Notes under the pieces: generated by a model
Database searches by the model: none
What the model saw: the letters and a program-made list of their open reading frames with translations, nothing else
What the model was told of the DNA's origin: nothing
In this document: piece after piece, positions 63,250 to 64,000 of the stretch
Numbering within the stretch: position 1 is the first letter of the stretch
Layout of the letters: every line of letters begins with the position of its first letter
Made by a program: the position numbers and the translations under genes
Assembly: GCF_009914755.1 (NCBI RefSeq)
Contig: NC_060929.1
Source: the human T2T-CHM13v2.0 reference genome, Homo sapiens
Length of the DNA stretch: 64,000 bases
Direction: 5' to 3' (one strand)

Positions 63250-64000
63250 ACACTCCTTAACCTCTCTCCCAGCTTCCCATCTTGCATTCATCCTCCATTC
63301 TCCTCACTGTTGTCAAGGGATCGTTCAAAAGCACAAGTCATGTAGTGCCACTGTGTTGTCTAAAACCCTCCCCTATCCTCTTACTACCCTTGATGATGTC
63401 TATGCTTTGAACCAGAGCCCTCGAGGCCATCCTCTTTACAGTCCCTGCTGTTCTCCAGCCCCCTATTTCTCTCATCCTGACCACACTTCTTGTACTTCCT
63501 CAGATGAGCTGTTCCCTTTCTTCTCTCCAGGTCTTCACATATGCTGTTCCTGTGCCTGGAACATCCCTTTCTCCTATGGCCACTCTCCCCCACTTTTAAG
63601 CCACATCCTAGACAGAACTCTTTCAAAGGCTGTGTGACAATGACATGGGCTTTCATTCCCTTCCCCTGGGTTCTGCCCCATGATCCCAGAGCACCTTGGC
63701 CTTCTTCTATCATAGCACTGCTTCTTTTTGTACTGTGACTGAGGCTTGTGTAAGGTAAACAATTTGTGAAGTGTGCCAAATTATGTCTTAATATGCATCT
63801 CTAGAACCTAGTATAGTGTTAGACATCTGAATAGGTTAGAGGTTAAGACAGTAAACTCCCTGTGTTTAATTCTGGATTCCATCAATTATTAGCTGTGTAA
63901 ATTTGAGAAAGCCATTTAGACTCTCCAAGCCTCAGTTTCCTCGTTTGTGAAACAAGAACAATAACAGGACCCACTTCATTGAATTATGTTGAGAATTACA
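63250..64000 (+). mobile_element. L2 fragment followed by MIR (63835-64000)
   Basis: catatgctgttcctgtgcctggaa..tctagaacctagtatagtg; tagctgtgt..gcctcagtttcctcgtttgtgaaa. Confidence 0.7.

Noticed and set aside
62394-63779. Long ORFs of 189, 211 and 131 aa
   Set aside because: No recognisable domain, low-complexity composition, partly overlapping an L2 fragment; consistent with chance ORFs.

Overview
Primate (almost certainly human: an AluYa5 is present) non-coding genomic DNA, intronic or intergenic and dominated by interspersed repeats. No host protein-coding exon, RNA gene or CRISPR/prokaryotic system can be recognised. The only true protein-coding remnants are ORF1, ORF2 and ORF0 of one near-full-length, inactivated LINE-1 (L1PA4-like, 30514-36668, 16-bp TSD). 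The rest is about 9 Alus, MaLR/ERVL solo LTRs (THE1C, MSTD, MLT1, LTR16A, LTR33), many hAT/Tigger fossils, old L1M/L2/L3/MIR fragments and microsatellites. The features worth follow-up are: an inverted-duplication hairpin inside MER119, a palindromic 30-bp tandem repeat, three hAT MITEs stacked at 8-bp target-site spacers, a candidate promoter/first exon near 54.2-54.5 kb, a set of + strand splice signals that may belong to a lncRNA or 5'UTR, and repeat-free candidate enhancers. I cannot support a previously undescribed biological system from this sequence. Repeat subfamily names come from recalled consensus motifs; boundaries without a TSD are approximate.
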